A program made the position numbers and the translations under genes. DNA of 64,000 nucleotides from Fimbriosthenelais zetlandica. Lineage: Eukaryota. Shown one piece after another: positions 39,811 to 55,620 of the stretch (positions within the stretch are counted from its first letter, which is position 1; every line of letters starts with the position of its first letter). Location: assembly GCA_977030845.1 (NCBI GenBank), contig OZ365112.1, forward strand, positions 21,514,001 to 21,578,000, given 5' to 3'. Under the pieces are notes generated by a model. That model searched no databases, was not told the origin of the DNA, and saw nothing but the letters and a program-made list of their open reading frames with translations.

Positions 39811-42800
39811 AATAGGGCAGTGTGTACCTCCCATGGCACCTCTTAATCTTTTCCCCATGCATGAGACCACAATGTATAGTACTCCATTGGTATGCCACAA
39901 CCTGTCTTTTACACTACAAGGCCACATATATATGTACAACACCACTTTTCAACTTCTCCTCAAAACAGCACACAAGTGCATCTTTCATGCATCAATCTTC
40001 GCCTCTTGAAATGTAGATTCTCAAAGCATGTGGGGGATCTGTGTAATATTCATGATGAGCTTTCACACGTCACAGTATGGTTCTTGAACTCATCACATGA
40101 AGTGAGCCAGTAAGCCTTTTTGTCATGAATCACGGTCAGGTCTCTAAACGTTCCTTGACCCAGTGGGTCCATAAGAAATTGAATAATATATACGCTGATC
40201 TATAAAAGAGGGAATTCAAGTCCCCTGAGAGGAATGCACAATGGAGACAAATGGAAATAATGTGGCAAGGAGATGGATCTGGTCCTTTCTTTATACTATA
40301 GCCTATCTCTACTCTGTATCCATTTATAATACATGTAGTCTATATGTATTACAAAAGAGAAACAGATATTTTCAGATTTCCATTTGTGCAATATTCAGTC
40401 CATGGGGGTTTCTTATTGAGTAAATTCAATTGCCTTCGTCAGCAAGACAGAACTATATGTCTCTCCCATGCATTTATACCAGGCCATTGGACCACTTTAA
40501 TTAAGACATGCCTATATGACACTGAAGGCAATAACAAAGTCCGTTGTTTAAGAAAGGCAAAAGATATATAGCCCCAGGTCTTTTTATTGGACACAGCTGG
40601 TGAGAATATTTATTTGGCAACATACCTTAAGCTTGATAGAACTACACCCAGTATGTAAAAGGTGGGGTTGACTTAATTCCCTTCCAAAAGAAGCTTTCTT
40701 GTCATAAGATTTGTCTCGGGTCTTTATGCTTTCGCTCCTGTCCTCCCCGCCCTGCTTCCGTCTCTCTCTAATCTTGAATTCCCCTCCTCCTTTCCCACTT
40801 TCCACTACATATAATTTGACGGATCACCATTTGATACCTTTACTCAGTCCGAGATGACATAATGGCCCAGAAATCCAAGTAGAAGCCTCCCCAACGAGTA
40901 ACCTGATAGAATAAAAGTTCCAGTGGTTCACTTGTAATTACTTTATAGCACTGTGCCTCAGGAATATCCCAATTATCCCTGATGGATAAATCATAGTGTG
41001 CACAGAGCCGCTGCCGAAGCACATAAATAGCGATAAAGTGCTCTGATCGTGTCAAAGGAAGTAATTTACTGTGACTTTGTGGAGAAAACGACTGTGGTGC
41101 CAGTCATTAGGCAATAGGGAAAAGCCTGATGTGACGTTGCTTGGGCCTTTCAAGGACTTTTTAACCTTGATCGCAGTGGGAGGAATAGATGCCAGGTGGA
41201 GCATCTCTACACATAAAATGTCTGACCGTAATTGCTTATGGATATTCAGGGAGGATTTGACTGTGATTGTGAATGGTTTATGCATTTAGGAGGTTGACTT
41301 TAGAAAAAGAAGGAAAGGGCTTGTTGGCTTTTGTTCCTTCCTGCATGCACTCACAAGTGTGTGGTCTCTGTGGTGGGGATTGTTCTGAGCAGTCAAATTA
41401 GTAAAGCAACCTCTGGTGGTGATTGGCTGAATCAGGAGGAAGCCAGTGCTATGGATGATAATGAAGGAGTCGTTGGTAGATTCATATCGTAGTCTTCTTT
41501 TTAGACATCCTCCTTGCATGTGATTGCGAATCATGAAGGCAAACTAATTCGATATTTTAGCTCGAATAGACCTAGTGAAATATCAGCTGGAATCAAGTAG
41601 GTAATTGACTTATCAAAGAAGGATGGGTAGAAAAAAGCTTCGGAAATGGTAGAGAAAGACCTGACGAACATTTGTCTTTATAGGTTTGGTTTTTATTGCA
41701 ACTATTATTATACTGTTTTTAGAAATATCTACCAGGAAAATAATGTTCTGTCCATAGCAGGCCACCACTATTTTAACACCTCCCCTTCCCCTTTGCAGCA
41801 TACGCTTGCCAGACAAAGTTTCGCTGGCCTAGCTATCTCTGCATTTATGTCTATCTATTTTTATAATGTATGCATAACTGGAGGCTGCGATCCATATCTA
41901 ATGTAAATGAGTTAAATGAATATGCATGTATTAGATATACCAGACTAAAAATTTCTAATGGTAATCGTGACGCCTTTTGTTCAAAACGTCCTCCATCAAG
42001 AGTCTCTGCTTAATGTCTATCCTTATCAAATTGTATACTATTACGTTGGATGCTATGGATAAGTTATACAACTTTTTGCCAGTTAAATTTCAATATATAG
42101 CAGTGCAACCCATTTAGACAATCAGAATATATGTATCGACGCTGCTACACTGGATCCAACTAAAGACATGGATCATCCATAGATATAAGATGGAGATAAA
42201 TGTGGGTGGTGTCTGGATGTAGTAAATTTGCTGAGTCAGAGCAGGACATAGCATGTATGAGATCATCCAGCAATATCAGTCTGCCATCACTTCATTACCA
42301 TGAACGATTGGAACAATTAGGCAAAGGGACACTGAAAGCTAGCCATTCAGACTCATTCTATGTACACTTTCCATGTAATGAAAGAGCTGATCACCAGAAG
42401 TGATCTGCGTAGGATAATAAATGTAACCGCAATCCCAGGTCAAACTAGATTGGTGAATAGGGGAACATTAGGTATGGCTCAATGGACAATATACAGTTGT
42501 ATAGATCGGTCCATATCAGTTAGACTTCTGGGAATCTAAACGGATGTCCTCCTATGAATTATTCGTTGTCACAGAAAAGGTAGAACACTCAATTGCTGAG
42601 AGGTCCGCACCATTATGTAGTTTGCATTAGAGAGTTGTATGAAATAGTTTGTTGAAATATCGTGTTTTCAGTTGCATCGATAGAAATGTTAACTGATATG
42701 TGTACTGAAGTAAAAGGGCAAAATTGGAAACCAGCTTTGTGTTTAACATTGTCCAATAGAATTGTCTAACGAACAAAAAACAGGACTTGGATTACTTATG

Positions 42801-45800
42801 CAGGTATCCTGAAATGACTACCTATATCCGATATTTGAATGGATCTCAATGGACATATTCACCAGTGTACTTCCTTTACCTATTGACAGTCATTTATATA
42901 TAGCCAAATATTTAGATATCCATCAGGGACCTAACCTTTCTTCTCTTTAGAATGTCTTGTCCTTCTGTGACAGAGAAGACGTAAATAGAAACAGCTGCAA
43001 AATGTGTCTGTGTCTGTTACAATGGAAGTCCTCTGAGGTGTGAAGCTGTGTAGTCTGCAGAAAGTATCTGGAACATCCTTTCTCCTGTATTCTGAAGAAG
43101 AAATGGATGCCCAGTGAGGACGAAAAAAACAGCGTTTTAGTCTTAAAGCACATCAAGGTGTAGGCAATTCCCCCTGTATGTATCTAGGAAAGATTCCTTA
43201 TCCGAGGACCCTTTCATGCTAACCCAACACTGTCTCTGTTACTTAATAGTTCTTTTGCATTTTATTATGGTTGATTAATTATTTTATCATTGTTTTCAAT
43301 GTCATTCGAATATCTTCCTACATTCAATTATTTTGATGATTGGCGCATCATCTGCTCACATGCTCACATCATTCCTTGTGAGGTAGCGGTGAGAGTACAT
43401 TCATGAGTCTTTCCACTGTATAATTGTTAATGTTATGAATGTCTCGACCAAAGCCTAGGAATAGGGACGGACATGTAAGTGCAGGATAAGACATTATGAT
43501 TCCGATATCATTCTGAATAGATGATTCTGAACTCTGTAATGGAAAAAAGCTCAATGGCGAACTTACCGATCTATAGCTTGAATGACCACCATAAGCCATT
43601 CATTTTCTGAAGAGCTGCCTGTTGAAATGCTGAAAAGAAACCCGATACAAAACCTGAAAGATAGGGACAAGAAACCAATGAGATTATTATCCCCTACAGG
43701 GAAACATACAGGCCAAACACAACACCCAAACACATCACATCAAGCTTAAAACAAAGCAATAGTTGAGCCCCGGGGAAACGCACTGTCAATGGCAAACACT
43801 TGTTTAAAAACAATTATCACGGCTGGAAGTGTTTGGGACGGGGAAGCTGACGGCACAGACAAGCTGGGATGAGCAGTTGTGGGGAGGAATAGGAGAAGAA
43901 GGGTGTTTAATGACTATCATTCAAGGTGAAGTTGGAACCATCCCCATTTGTACAATTACTGACGTGTGCAATTTCTTTTAATGAGGCTTTATGCCTCGAC
44001 TATTTATAAATGCTATGTTTTCATTCAGCATATTGCTGATAATTCTAAAATCTTTTTCATATGACTGAACCCGTTTGGAATATTGTAGGAATATTACTGA
44101 GCATCTTAGTTTTTCACAAACCAATCATCATATTCAAATGCTCAAAATAGTCTGGAATTAACATGGTGAATTCAATTGCTGCACGATTATTCCTGGTCCA
44201 TGTCAAGGAAATTGGATCTTGAATAGCTTCAATCCCCTGAGACTATTTTGGTCAAACCAACACCCTCCCTGAAGGAAATGATTATATTCACTCAGTTAAT
44301 GTTCACATTTCTCATCTCCTTCTTTATAACAATAGATATTCCGTATCTATGCCGAACAGATACTTGTAAATCAGGACAGACCACTTTATTGTGAGATGAA
44401 GCATAACAACTATAAAGAGGGAACACCTACACATGTTTCCCCATGCACGCCCTTCCAAAGAAGGAAATTACAATTAAAAGGCCTTCAGGAAGCGAGCATC
44501 CAAATTCTCTCTTTTTTCCATCTTAATCGAGAAGATTAGTGAGTTTAATTAATTCAAAATCTTTCAAAGTCCATCACGGTTTGTCCTTGTGAGGATTTCT
44601 CCACGTTGATAGGAAAATCTGTGAAACTGGGATTTCAGAGCTATTAACGATGTTCAATGGAAGAATAGGCCTACAGGATTCTTTTTTGTGTTTGATTCTA
44701 GAAAATGTTGATATCATTCATACATTTTGTAATGAAGTGAAGAGTGAATGGTCACATAATTTCTTTTTTAGTTGGAATTTTTATAGAGCCATATATTGTG
44801 GGTGGATACCAGCTCACTCTTGATGACTCAAGTTTACGTATAATGATTTTCCGCTGGCGGCTCTTTCTATGTGCATTACTATATTGCCTTCTGTGCAATG
44901 GATATTATATTACCATATACTATGGCAAACTATGCAGGACGTGCTGGAGAATTTGCCTCAATGAATTTTAGGGAAATATGAGGACCATTTACATTTTGTA
45001 TGTCTACTAGAGAATTTGGTTTTGTATTTCCAAAGTAAGACACATTATTGGTTACTTTATCTCCCTCCTTGAAAGGGCTCTCAGTTTTGTGCCCCTTTGA
45101 TCTTTGATGTATATTTCATGAAAGTTTCTGAGCATCCATAGTGATTCCCAACGCGGGTTTCATATGTATCAATTGGATTCGGCATCAGGATTATTCTAAC
45201 ATACTCTGTACTTATCCCCACACTTTTAGCTCACAATCATTATTCCATGAATGGTTTTCATTAAGTATTGATATAAAGTAACTTTGAAATTTGAGTGTAC
45301 ACGTATGTGTAGTATATGACCCTCACAACATTGTACTCTGATTTGAAGGTCATTCAAGTATGTTAATAGAAGTGTTTCTAAACTTCCATTTCCAAATCAT
45401 TGAACAAAAAGTATATGATTATACCAAAATTTAGAATAAGGGGGATTGAGGTTAACCAAGCTGTGTTATTGCTCACATACTTGCAGAGAGAAGATAATTT
45501 GATCACTAAGAACAAAAAGGCGAAGCAAGGAAGTGGGCAAAATGCAAATGGCCTTGTCGCCACATATCACCAGCTTGTGGCAGGAACCTTTGGTATAAGA
45601 GCATCTTGACTTCTAGAGCAGTCAAGTACCATCCTGGTCTAGGGGATATTTTAGCATATCTGTCAGGGTGTAAGCCTGTTCATTTATTATGTAAGATGTG
45701 ATTTCTAATCAGAAGGAGATTCACTGTATTTCATAATTATCCTAGGCAGTTAGCATGCCTTATAAATTCAGCGCTGCAACCAAATGTGTTCTGTGCACGA

Positions 45801-48800
45801 TTTAGTGCACGATTTGGCACAAATAGGCAGCTTGACCAAATATTCTCGAGTATAACCCCCCCCCCCCGGTCTAATGTACTATAAGCCCTGTGTACAAATC
45901 TCGCCGGTTGAAAAGCGTGGGCTTTGATGAGTAGAACTGAAAATGAATTTTCCTTGTGGTCGCTCAGCTTCCCTGGAGTGTCTCTTTGTGTCCATGCAGG
46001 TCTCAAAGAGCAGCTAGATAGTGAATAGTGGATCACATACATACATATATACATATACTCCAGCTATCTGTTCAGTAATGCTGATGAATGTAGCACCTGT
46101 ACTGTTGTGAACACGTGGTGGATATGGCCAGCAAGTTTTATAGGATGCTCAAGCGCTGGAGAGAAATTGGATAAATCTGGGGTATGGTCTTTCAGCAGGC
46201 ATGTGGCCTTGAATTAATATGTCCGTCCAAGCAAATGGTCAGTGTCCGTGATGTGAACCCGAATCGGCAATGCCATTAGTGACTCTGATGAGGACGCTTT
46301 TAGTCACTCCACTGCCCAGTCCACAATTACAGCAGACATAAAGAAAGACTTCCACATTTGCCTTGTATGCAGAGGTGTGGAGGACATAGGCTCTGACTGA
46401 CAGTACCAGAGACGTAAGCTCCACACTCGGCACGGCCTCCTGGGAAGTTTATGCTGATCAGGAGCTGGAGCTCTGGATGGATTACTGAGGTATTAGCTCC
46501 AATAAAGTTTACCTCTTCAACCAGATGGATTCTTCTCCACCTGCTTTACCTTCTCCTGCCCCTCCCCCTTTGCTCTTCATTCCCTTTCTTTTCCACTTCC
46601 ATTGGCAAACTGATTCTCAACTCACTCTAACATTTTGGGGGATTTCAAGTTGTTTCATATATGAACAATTTTGAACAATTTGTCACGAGCCTATGTCACG
46701 AGGATCATGTCTTCGTGTCTGTAGATATTGCCTTAATAATGTAGGCACCCCACCCGGCACCCCACCACTGGAATAAAAACACTTTAAACGGCTTTCTTAT
46801 ATGTCTGCAAACAGCTTGAAAGTGACAGTCTTATGTCCTAGCATGACATGCCAATGGCGAGAGGCTAACATCGCAGTGGCCAAACAAAGTCAGGTTTCAG
46901 CCACCTGATAATTCAATGGCACCCTGCCTTTTTCCCCTCCTCACAGGTGGATATGAGATGCTCCCGGCCCCGTGGCATCAAGTGAAGCTCGGGGAATGTC
47001 ATTCAAACTACATCTATTTCATGCCAGACCGTGTGGTAACCATGGGAACTAGATCCTATGTTTTCATTCAGTTTGCCTGGTGAGCATACGCACGCATATA
47101 TGGCTGGTACCAAGGCTCTCCTGACATGAGGAATTATGTGACGACGACGTGATCAGCTGAATAACACCACGTCTTGCTTGTCTGACCTTCGAAAAGCAAG
47201 CCTTTCTAGCCGTTGGCAGTGACTTTTGACTTCCAACTTTTACTTATGATATACAGTGTAAAGTGTGTTGACAATATAAGTTGATATGATTTGTCAGTAT
47301 AATATATTGACGCATCTGAACAAGACAAAGAGTATTGTCTCTGAAAACTTCTATTCTGTGTCCCTTATATGAGAAGGATGCCGCTTGATAACCAAAATAG
47401 TTAAACCTCTATATAAATCTCTGTCTTCTATCCGTCAGACCATTGAGTTAAAATGGATAGCATAAAATAGAAGAAAAAATGTGGGTATTGCAAAAACATC
47501 TCCTTTATAAGCTTATCTGATTAGTTGCATGCTAAGTAATTGGAGAAATCATAAAATGCTTTTCTCGTGGAGACTGAGTTTTAAACAGATTATCGCCTGC
47601 TTCTTATTCGGATTATAGACAGTAGCTCGGATTTTAGCCACGGGCTTTTTGCTCCTAACACTGAGGAGGTTTCAGTTTAGAATTGGATTAAAATGGGAAA
47701 ATGAGATCAGTTATTTAATTTAGTTCTCCTGGCAAGTCTTCGTCCGTCTCCGGGCTGTGTTTTACATGAGGGGATAGTTGGTGTAGTGTACTCTCTATTC
47801 AACTTAGGATGGTAGGATGGGAAGGGTAGCTGAGATATGCGAGGAGGATATACACTTGGGAGGGAAGGAGCTTAATTACATTCGCCTAAGCGTCCACAAG
47901 CTTTCTTCTCCTGCTCATTTCCAGGATCCCCTGTTTTCTTCCTGAGCTCTTGTCAGGTTGTGTGATCTTCAGAGTTTAGTGAAAGTGTCTGATGTCCTAT
48001 GGGAAAGATGTACTCATTTCTTCACAAGCAAACTTTTCTCTCCTGTAATTATATTGTTTTCTAACAAAAAATCTTAAAGCAGGCCTTAACGCGGACCTTT
48101 TTGCAACCGGATGGAAAAGGGTCCATTTATACCCACTGCAGCAGCAACAACAAAAACAAAGCAAAACAAAAAAGTGAACGTGCCTCCCCTTTAAGAGGCC
48201 TTTCTTCAAATCAATGGTGAATGAACGTGTACATGCATATATTTTTTCCCTCTGACTTTCTGAATTCGAGATTGAGAATATGACTCTGCAAACAAAAAAA
48301 AATCCTTTCATAATGTACATCAAATTGCATATATATATATATGCATTTACCGATATAGTATGTAATGTACGGGCAAGAGGTGAGTTTTCCTTCGAATCCA
48401 TTTAATATCAAAGTACCCTTATTGAATATTCACGCCTGAGGAAAATTATGGGAAGGTAAGTGAATACATGTACAGCCGAAATAGAATAAGATGTTTTTCT
48501 CTATAGTTTCTCATCTATTGCTGTGAAAACAATGATTGAGTGGGAGACTGAATGACAATTGTCTATGACAAGGAGATCTCCAAAGCAGAAAGCATTGTCC
48601 ATCACTTCCTATTGAGAATCACTGGCAAGGATCACTTCAGTCTCAGAAGGCAACTTTAATTTCAACTTTAATGTTAGCATTTTTATTCTTTGTTATTGGG
48701 TTTGATGAGTGTTCTATTACCTTTTCGAGAAAGAATGAAAGAGAATGATGATTCTTTTTACTTGAATTGTGTTAGGAACTCTTTGGAGGCTATTTATTGA

Positions 48801-51800
48801 AAGATATTGAAGCTTTCAAGGGGATTCGAATTGTTCGTAGCCTGGCAATTTGTCCCTTGGTAAATCCACTCGAGATTTTCGACGATTTGCTTAGCCTATA
48901 GGCATGGCAACCTCTAGCAATACCCCGCAAAAATATTCCCCTCAACGCCTCTACCTCCTACCTCTATATATCCGGTCCAACGCTATAGCTGTACTCTCAT
49001 CTGATACGGTGCCTTAAGACGATGCAGTAGCCTGGTCAAACGTAACCCAATGCATTTTGTATACCAATAGCCTCTATTAAAAAAACTGTGGCGAAATTAA
49101 AGGCAATATCATCAGATCATGCTGCCCTATGTCATATGATTTTTGACCATCCCTTCCAGTGCATGTGGCGTTCCCGATGAAAAACTGGCCTATAAATATA
49201 TTAGCCGAGTTTCAGTTATGGATCACCCATGGTTCTGGTCACGATCTTCACCTGGAGATCATGCTTTAAAAATGTAGAACCTTAGTGGAAAGTGTCAAGA
49301 ATACTCAGTCCTGAAATTAGGCAAAGGCAATGTATGCTTTTACCGACTGTAGTGTGAACGTGTGAAGACGTTCACTGAGGGACTAAGCCATGGAATAAAA
49401 CTTAAAGGGTGCCTTGATCCTCCAAACTTCATTGATACTTCTAAAATATTCAAAGAACCTCACGAATGAAACTTATCGTGTCCCGCGATATAAACCTTCC
49501 AAAATCCTTTAAGAAGTTTAGAAATCTCCAGGTACCCCATGCATTAGTGATAGAACTGCTTGGATCGGAGGGAACCCATGCAAGCGACCTGCTACTTATG
49601 TTAAAGGATCTGGGCCTTTATATATTTCTATGTACGCACATGGATTTATTCTAAATGATACATATATACGCATACTCTTTGTGCAAGATCATAATGGAGG
49701 AACTGAAAGGTTTCTTTGGAGCGGAACACTTTCAGAAAAAGTGGTCAACCAACAAACAGCTCATATTGAAAGCTTGTTCGTTCAAAAAGAGCTCTAAAAT
49801 ATAACGAAATTGCCAAGCGAAATTGCTAAAATGAGTCCCCAAAAGCTGAAAGATCGAGCTGGAGTGAAAATGACAAATGAGATAAAGGAGTAATATTTGT
49901 TCTATAGGAAAGGTAAAATGGCCAAATAAATAAATCTAGCAGGCCTCTCACCCATGACTGTGGGGGCGTAATGCAGCAACCCGGATTTGAAGGGAAATGG
50001 AAACAATTATGTATCCTATGGAAAGAGCTCATTTATCAGGTCCTCCCGGGAGTGCTCCAATGAAGCATTAGAACCAGCAGGCTGGGCAGGAAATTAACTA
50101 GCTCTATGGTGAGTCTAGTAGGAGCATAAGCCTGAAATTTAAATTTAACCTTTCAGACAGGAGAGAATTATAAGGATTCAACCGCTTTCAGCTTAATCTC
50201 TCAACAACAAAAACGCAGAGTGCATTTGATGTTGTGTCCCAGCAGCACATTGCCAGGGCACATTGCACATTACCAAACTAGGACAACAATGTAACTTGTC
50301 AACTCCCAAGTATTGTACCATGGCCAACCATCCCATGAAAACTGTTGGTCTGTTTAGTAAGACTCGAGTTGAATTATAATACAAATGCCTATATAGCTGG
50401 TCTTTTCCCTTGTTAACTCATCCCGTTTAGTTGGTGTAATACTTGGCAAATGCCTTAACTCCCATATATATATGCAACAGTGTAATATTGTCTAGCTATA
50501 TTGGCTTATACCTAATACCACGAGAAAAAAATGATTGAACAATAGAGACCATAGTCCATCCTGTCAGGTCAATTTGAACATAGCCCTACACAAATAATAT
50601 ACTGTTTTAATAAAGTGTATTATCCCATGCATAGAGAGAGGGTGAGATGCTAGGCCTGCAGGATGGTTTTGACCTTAGTGGACCATCAGTGAATCAAATC
50701 AGTGTAGTGATTCTAGTCCGATGCCCACCTATCATTACCCTGCTGGTGAAGTTCTCATATTCTCACACACAGTCTCTGACCCCTTGTTAGCCTGATCACG
50801 TTCCTTTGCTGACCTCTGCTCGGGGATTTGGACAGGCTCAATATTAATATGTCACTCTGGTGATCGGTCAGCAGAGCCACCCGCCCTGGTTGACCATTCA
50901 CGTACTACCAACCGCCAACCCCTTTGGGCAGTTGGCATGATAACTTGGCTCCCTGTCCTGCTCATATTCAATGTGCCCCTGGAGCTGTGTACAGAGGCTG
51001 AGGAAGGGAAGGAAAGTCATCGTAATTAGGAAGAGGGGTTGCAGGATTCAACAGTTTAGGAAATGTGAGCATTATTTTGCGCCTTCCTAATACAATTTCT
51101 ATGATGTGTACAATCGACGACTGCTTCAAGGGGACAGTCAATTTCAACCCCTTCGTCGGCCCGAAATCTTGTACCAAAAAGAACGCAAACAATATTTTAA
51201 AAAAAGATTTAATAATTGAATATGGCTGGGGCAAGGAGTAAATAATCGCAGTTGTTTTGAAGACACTGCCTCGGATACAGCACATAAAATGTGTGGATGA
51301 GGCGATTGTAGCTGCACGGAGAATTAAATGCAGCCAAGGGCTGAATCTTTTTCATCACCTAGAGACAAATAATCAGTCAAAAAATCTCCTGCTTGCGGAG
51401 TTCTTAATGCTCGAGTATAGGTGATCTGCGCCCTCTGATGAATATATAATTGCTGCCAATAGAGATGAGTTAAGCCTATAGTCACTGGCAGTGTGAGTGA
51501 CGTCATTGATCCTGAGATCTACAAATGTTTTCTTGAAATAACTTGCTAAATATTCTATATTATTCGCCAAATGTATTTCTGGATTAATATCAAGTTTTGT
51601 TTGATAAAATCCTAAATGATACTTGTGTTTTCTTCCCCTTTAATGTGTCCATTCACCTTCCTTGTTCTACCTATTCCCTGTTGTACGAGAACAGAACTGG
51701 GACCCTGTGATGTCTAGTGGTATATGGGTGCACTCGACAATGTTGGCATCTACATCATTATGCATTATAAGACACACTAATCCCCAGTCACTTATGATGG

Positions 51801-54800
51801 GTGGAACTGTCATATACATTGACATTGAAATGATGCAGTGTGACACCATTCTCAACTGGGAGATTCTGTGTCATGACTCACGCTGTCAACACCCAAATCT
51901 TGAATTAATGGCAGGCTTCATTGTGATGCATCCTGTGTTACCCCAGCATTGTTATCCGTCAAATGTAAACCTTGACTGTTACCACCCTAAAATGATGGTT
52001 ACATCATAATCGAAACATTCAGGAACCTGTATGAGAATGCATAATATGGTCATGATGATCTCTTTCTAACTGAATCTTGCCACTATATTATGAGCTTTCT
52101 TCCCATTGGTCTTGCATGGCCATGACGGTTTTTTCCCCCAAAAGAAATAATAATAGTGCATAACTATTTCCACATGCTTATTATTGAATTCACTGCACAC
52201 AGAGACTGATGGACTAAGTGAAGCCTCGTCCTTGCCCCAGGTTTTTACTTGGTTAATTGTCATAATGACAAGCCTCACTTATTTTGTTTGAAGCCAAGCA
52301 AAAACAGAAGTCCGAAAAGAGGTTTTTCTCGATCACCAATCAACTCCTCAATTAAAGCAACGAGGGGCTTGTCCATAATTTAAAGTGCCGCCTTCAACAC
52401 TTAGTTGAGGCCCCTCCTTACTGATGTTTTCTGAATTGTGTTTTGCTTTAATTTCTCTAAATTAGGTGTAAAATGGCACTGTTTGCTGTGAAAATTACTC
52501 TCAACTAACAATATGGCCATTGTATGGCCATCTGAGAAAAAAATGAATGTGTTATTCCTGAGCCCTTACTCACAGGTTTCTTGCAGAACAAGAATGTAAA
52601 GAATTGTTGCGTTCCTTAGCTGGTCCAAAATTCTGGAAATTTAAACAATTCTCATATTTGACTGCTTGACAAAGACAAGAATATTTAGATTGTCTATGAG
52701 TCAGCAAATCGCATTTTCGATTCTCTGAATATAGGCAACACAAAGGTGAAAGATTTATTATTAGGCAAATGGTGTTGGAGGGCAAATCAATTTCCCGCTT
52801 TGACACAATCCAAATGTTTAAGGTCATAATATATAATAAATGTTGGCTAGTCAATGTTGGCATCTGAAAAGTATTGGAGCTAACTTTTGGTCGTTCAGTA
52901 AGGTAGTTATCATCATGAAGTCTTCTCCAATTCTTCCCAAACTAATTGAAATACATCCTGTTCTCGGAAACGCCTGGAGGGTGAGACAAGACCCTTCATG
53001 AACTGAACTTAATCCGCATTGCATCAAAAAGTAAATCAAGATATTGCAATGGCAGCAGCAGCAGCCAGGTCTAACTGCCTGGAGGGTGCACGCACCCAGA
53101 TGGCCTCTGGGAGTTGGAAGGATGGAATGCTTATTAACTTGGCTGTGGACACACGCGAATGCAGCAACCAAGTGACATGCCTAATTGGGTCAAATTCCAC
53201 TGGCCCACAATATGGCTAATTGTCTGCTAGCAAAGCTTTTAGGTAAGGGGAAATCCAGTGCCCTTCCTTGCCCTCCTTCCACATTTTATGTTGAAAAGAG
53301 AAAAAACATAAAATGTATATACATGTATAAATAATACGCATGCATGTCATTTTAGATTTTTATGCCTCGATATGGACAAAGCCAAGATATCTTGGTGAGA
53401 AGAATTCAGATACATTGTAAAGAAATCCCCTGACGTTGAACAACTGCATTGCAATGTGACAGCCTTACTTATTTCTCCCATTGGGTTTTCCTTTCCAGAC
53501 TTAGAAAAACCGTATACGAATGCCAGTAAGCTGTCCGCCCACTTGATGCCTTGTCTCAAAAAAGTGATTGTTATTAAGTCCACTTGCAGGAGACAAAAGC
53601 ATCAGGAATGGTCATGTGCAACAATTGTAAAGGTGGATGTTTAATGGAGCAATGTCACTCAACATTTCAAGAAACTAAATGTGAAGATTAACTTAAGAAT
53701 AATAACAGAAGGGAATACAACCGAAATAGCAATATTACTCGCAGAAAATTTTTTCTTAGTTGATATATGAGTCTAGAAAGTTCAATATAATTTAGCGCAT
53801 AGATACTGGTTTTAGGTGTTGAGTATATAATTATATAGTACATGTACCTCACTTTAATTACAGTACCGACTTCAACCATTGAATTTAAGTGATGACATTA
53901 GTTGTTGGCACGACATTAAATATTTAAGTGCGTAATTCCTTGTCAGAATAAATTAACTTTGTATTAAATTAATCTTTTATGTTTAGTATTGGATACATAT
54001 TATTGCACATCCTATAGGAAGATCAGGAGAAGTAGTCTGAGCAATTCACATGCATACATGTATTAATAATGCCAAACTTATGATAAACATTAACTATCAA
54101 AAGGTCTAATTACTCTAATTGAAAGATGAAGGCAACTTCAGCACAAAACATTTCACCTTGGATGCAAGTGCCACATACCTCCTAATTAAAGGTATTCATT
54201 AATAATATATATAGGCCTACATTTTGAACAACATTACTGACTATAGTTGATAATTATTTATAACTTCATCTGGGGTGTTCTAAGCAATCACAGACATTAT
54301 CTCCATGGAGATCCTTTCACGTCAGATATTCCCTAAGAGATTTTAGACAATTACAAGCAGTAAGGGCCATGTTTTATTATCAAGTTTCTCCATAGTTGCC
54401 AGCCACAGACAGAAATGTGAGCCTAAATGCACATTTAAATGTGAATGAAACGCACTTATTACCCTGCATTGCACGAGGACAGGGCCAATGTTCAAACGAA
54501 ACTTCCCACTTCAATCCAACAACAAGAATTTGCGGGGGTTGTGGTGGTCCATCAGAATTTAATTCTGTTCCTAATAATGCATATTTTGAATTTTAGTGCC
54601 TACTCCACAGGAGGCAAATTTCATTTGGGAAGAGTAACTAAAAATGTCCTTACGAGAAGTATTCCTTTAAAATAGCTTTCAGATTTTATGTAAACGGTGT
54701 CTGGGTGTAATTCATTTATCAGGCAGATGTGGTAAAGTGCAGAAAACACGAGGAAACTTATTATGGACAACATCCACGATTCAATAAAGTTCTTGACTTA

Positions 54801-55329
54801 TTACCAGGGAATCAATCTACAATCGACAATAGAATGCGTCTTCCCCTCCTCTCACGAAAGAGGAATGTCTAAATTGGCATCCTACACCTTTCCACCCTTT
54901 ATTGGAGCAGTTCCCATGGCAATGACCAGACAATTCTTAGTGACCAAGAATGATGGAGATATTTTTTAGTACGATATGATGCCCTAGCTACATTTTTGTC
55001 AATTTTATTATTGGATTGCTGTTGAAAAGTGTCTAAGTGTTAAGACATGAGAGTGGAAGTTTCCATTAAAGCATTGCAATACAAAACACTTAAGGACCAA
55101 CAACATTGCACAAAAGTGCTTTCCATCATCTATTCTGAGAACTTTCCCAAATAATTGGAGTAATTGGTAACTCTGATTAATCATATAAAATTGGTAGAAT
55201 AACAGTATAATTGGTGGTCAGGTAGCTTAGTTTAAGTTGGATATTACACGGGGAAAGGCAAATATTTAGAACATTTGGAAGTAAGCTAGCGAAAGGAAAA
55301 ATACATTAGTAACCTAGTTTCTGGTTTAA

Positions 55330-55620
55330 AAAATGGTTCTGCCCTGAAATGCCAGCCCGAGGGAGGAGTTGTTGCGGGACTGGTGAACGATAATAGGGTA
55401 TTTCCATCTCTTGATTCCTTGGATTCCAGATAAGAAGTGATAAGAGGCTGGATCCCATATCGCTTACCATCCGCCAAGCCACCAGCCCATCTCTACCGCT
55501 ATACAGCAACAGCTTTCACGCTCCCCTCTTGTGAACAGCTTTTTTCATTCTATTTGCTGCCCCATGTGGCAAAATAAAAGACTTATCTATTCTGCAAATG
55601 TGCATTTCTCCTGACTGATT
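55330..55620 (-). mobile_element. Possible decayed CR1-like RT fragment
   Basis: Minus-strand pieces IDKSFILPH and KRYGIQPLITSYL resemble LDFSKAFDxVPH and KLxxYGIxGxxLxWIxSYL in the right order, but the spacing is inflated. Confidence 0.25.

Noticed and set aside
46278-46308. CTGATGA inside a 7-bp stem as a hammerhead ribozyme or C/D snoRNA
   Set aside because: There is no GAAA core after a stem II and no appropriately placed D box.
47997-48401. 134-aa minus-strand ORF
   Set aside because: It is built from low-complexity AT/TGC/T-rich runs and has no homology signal.
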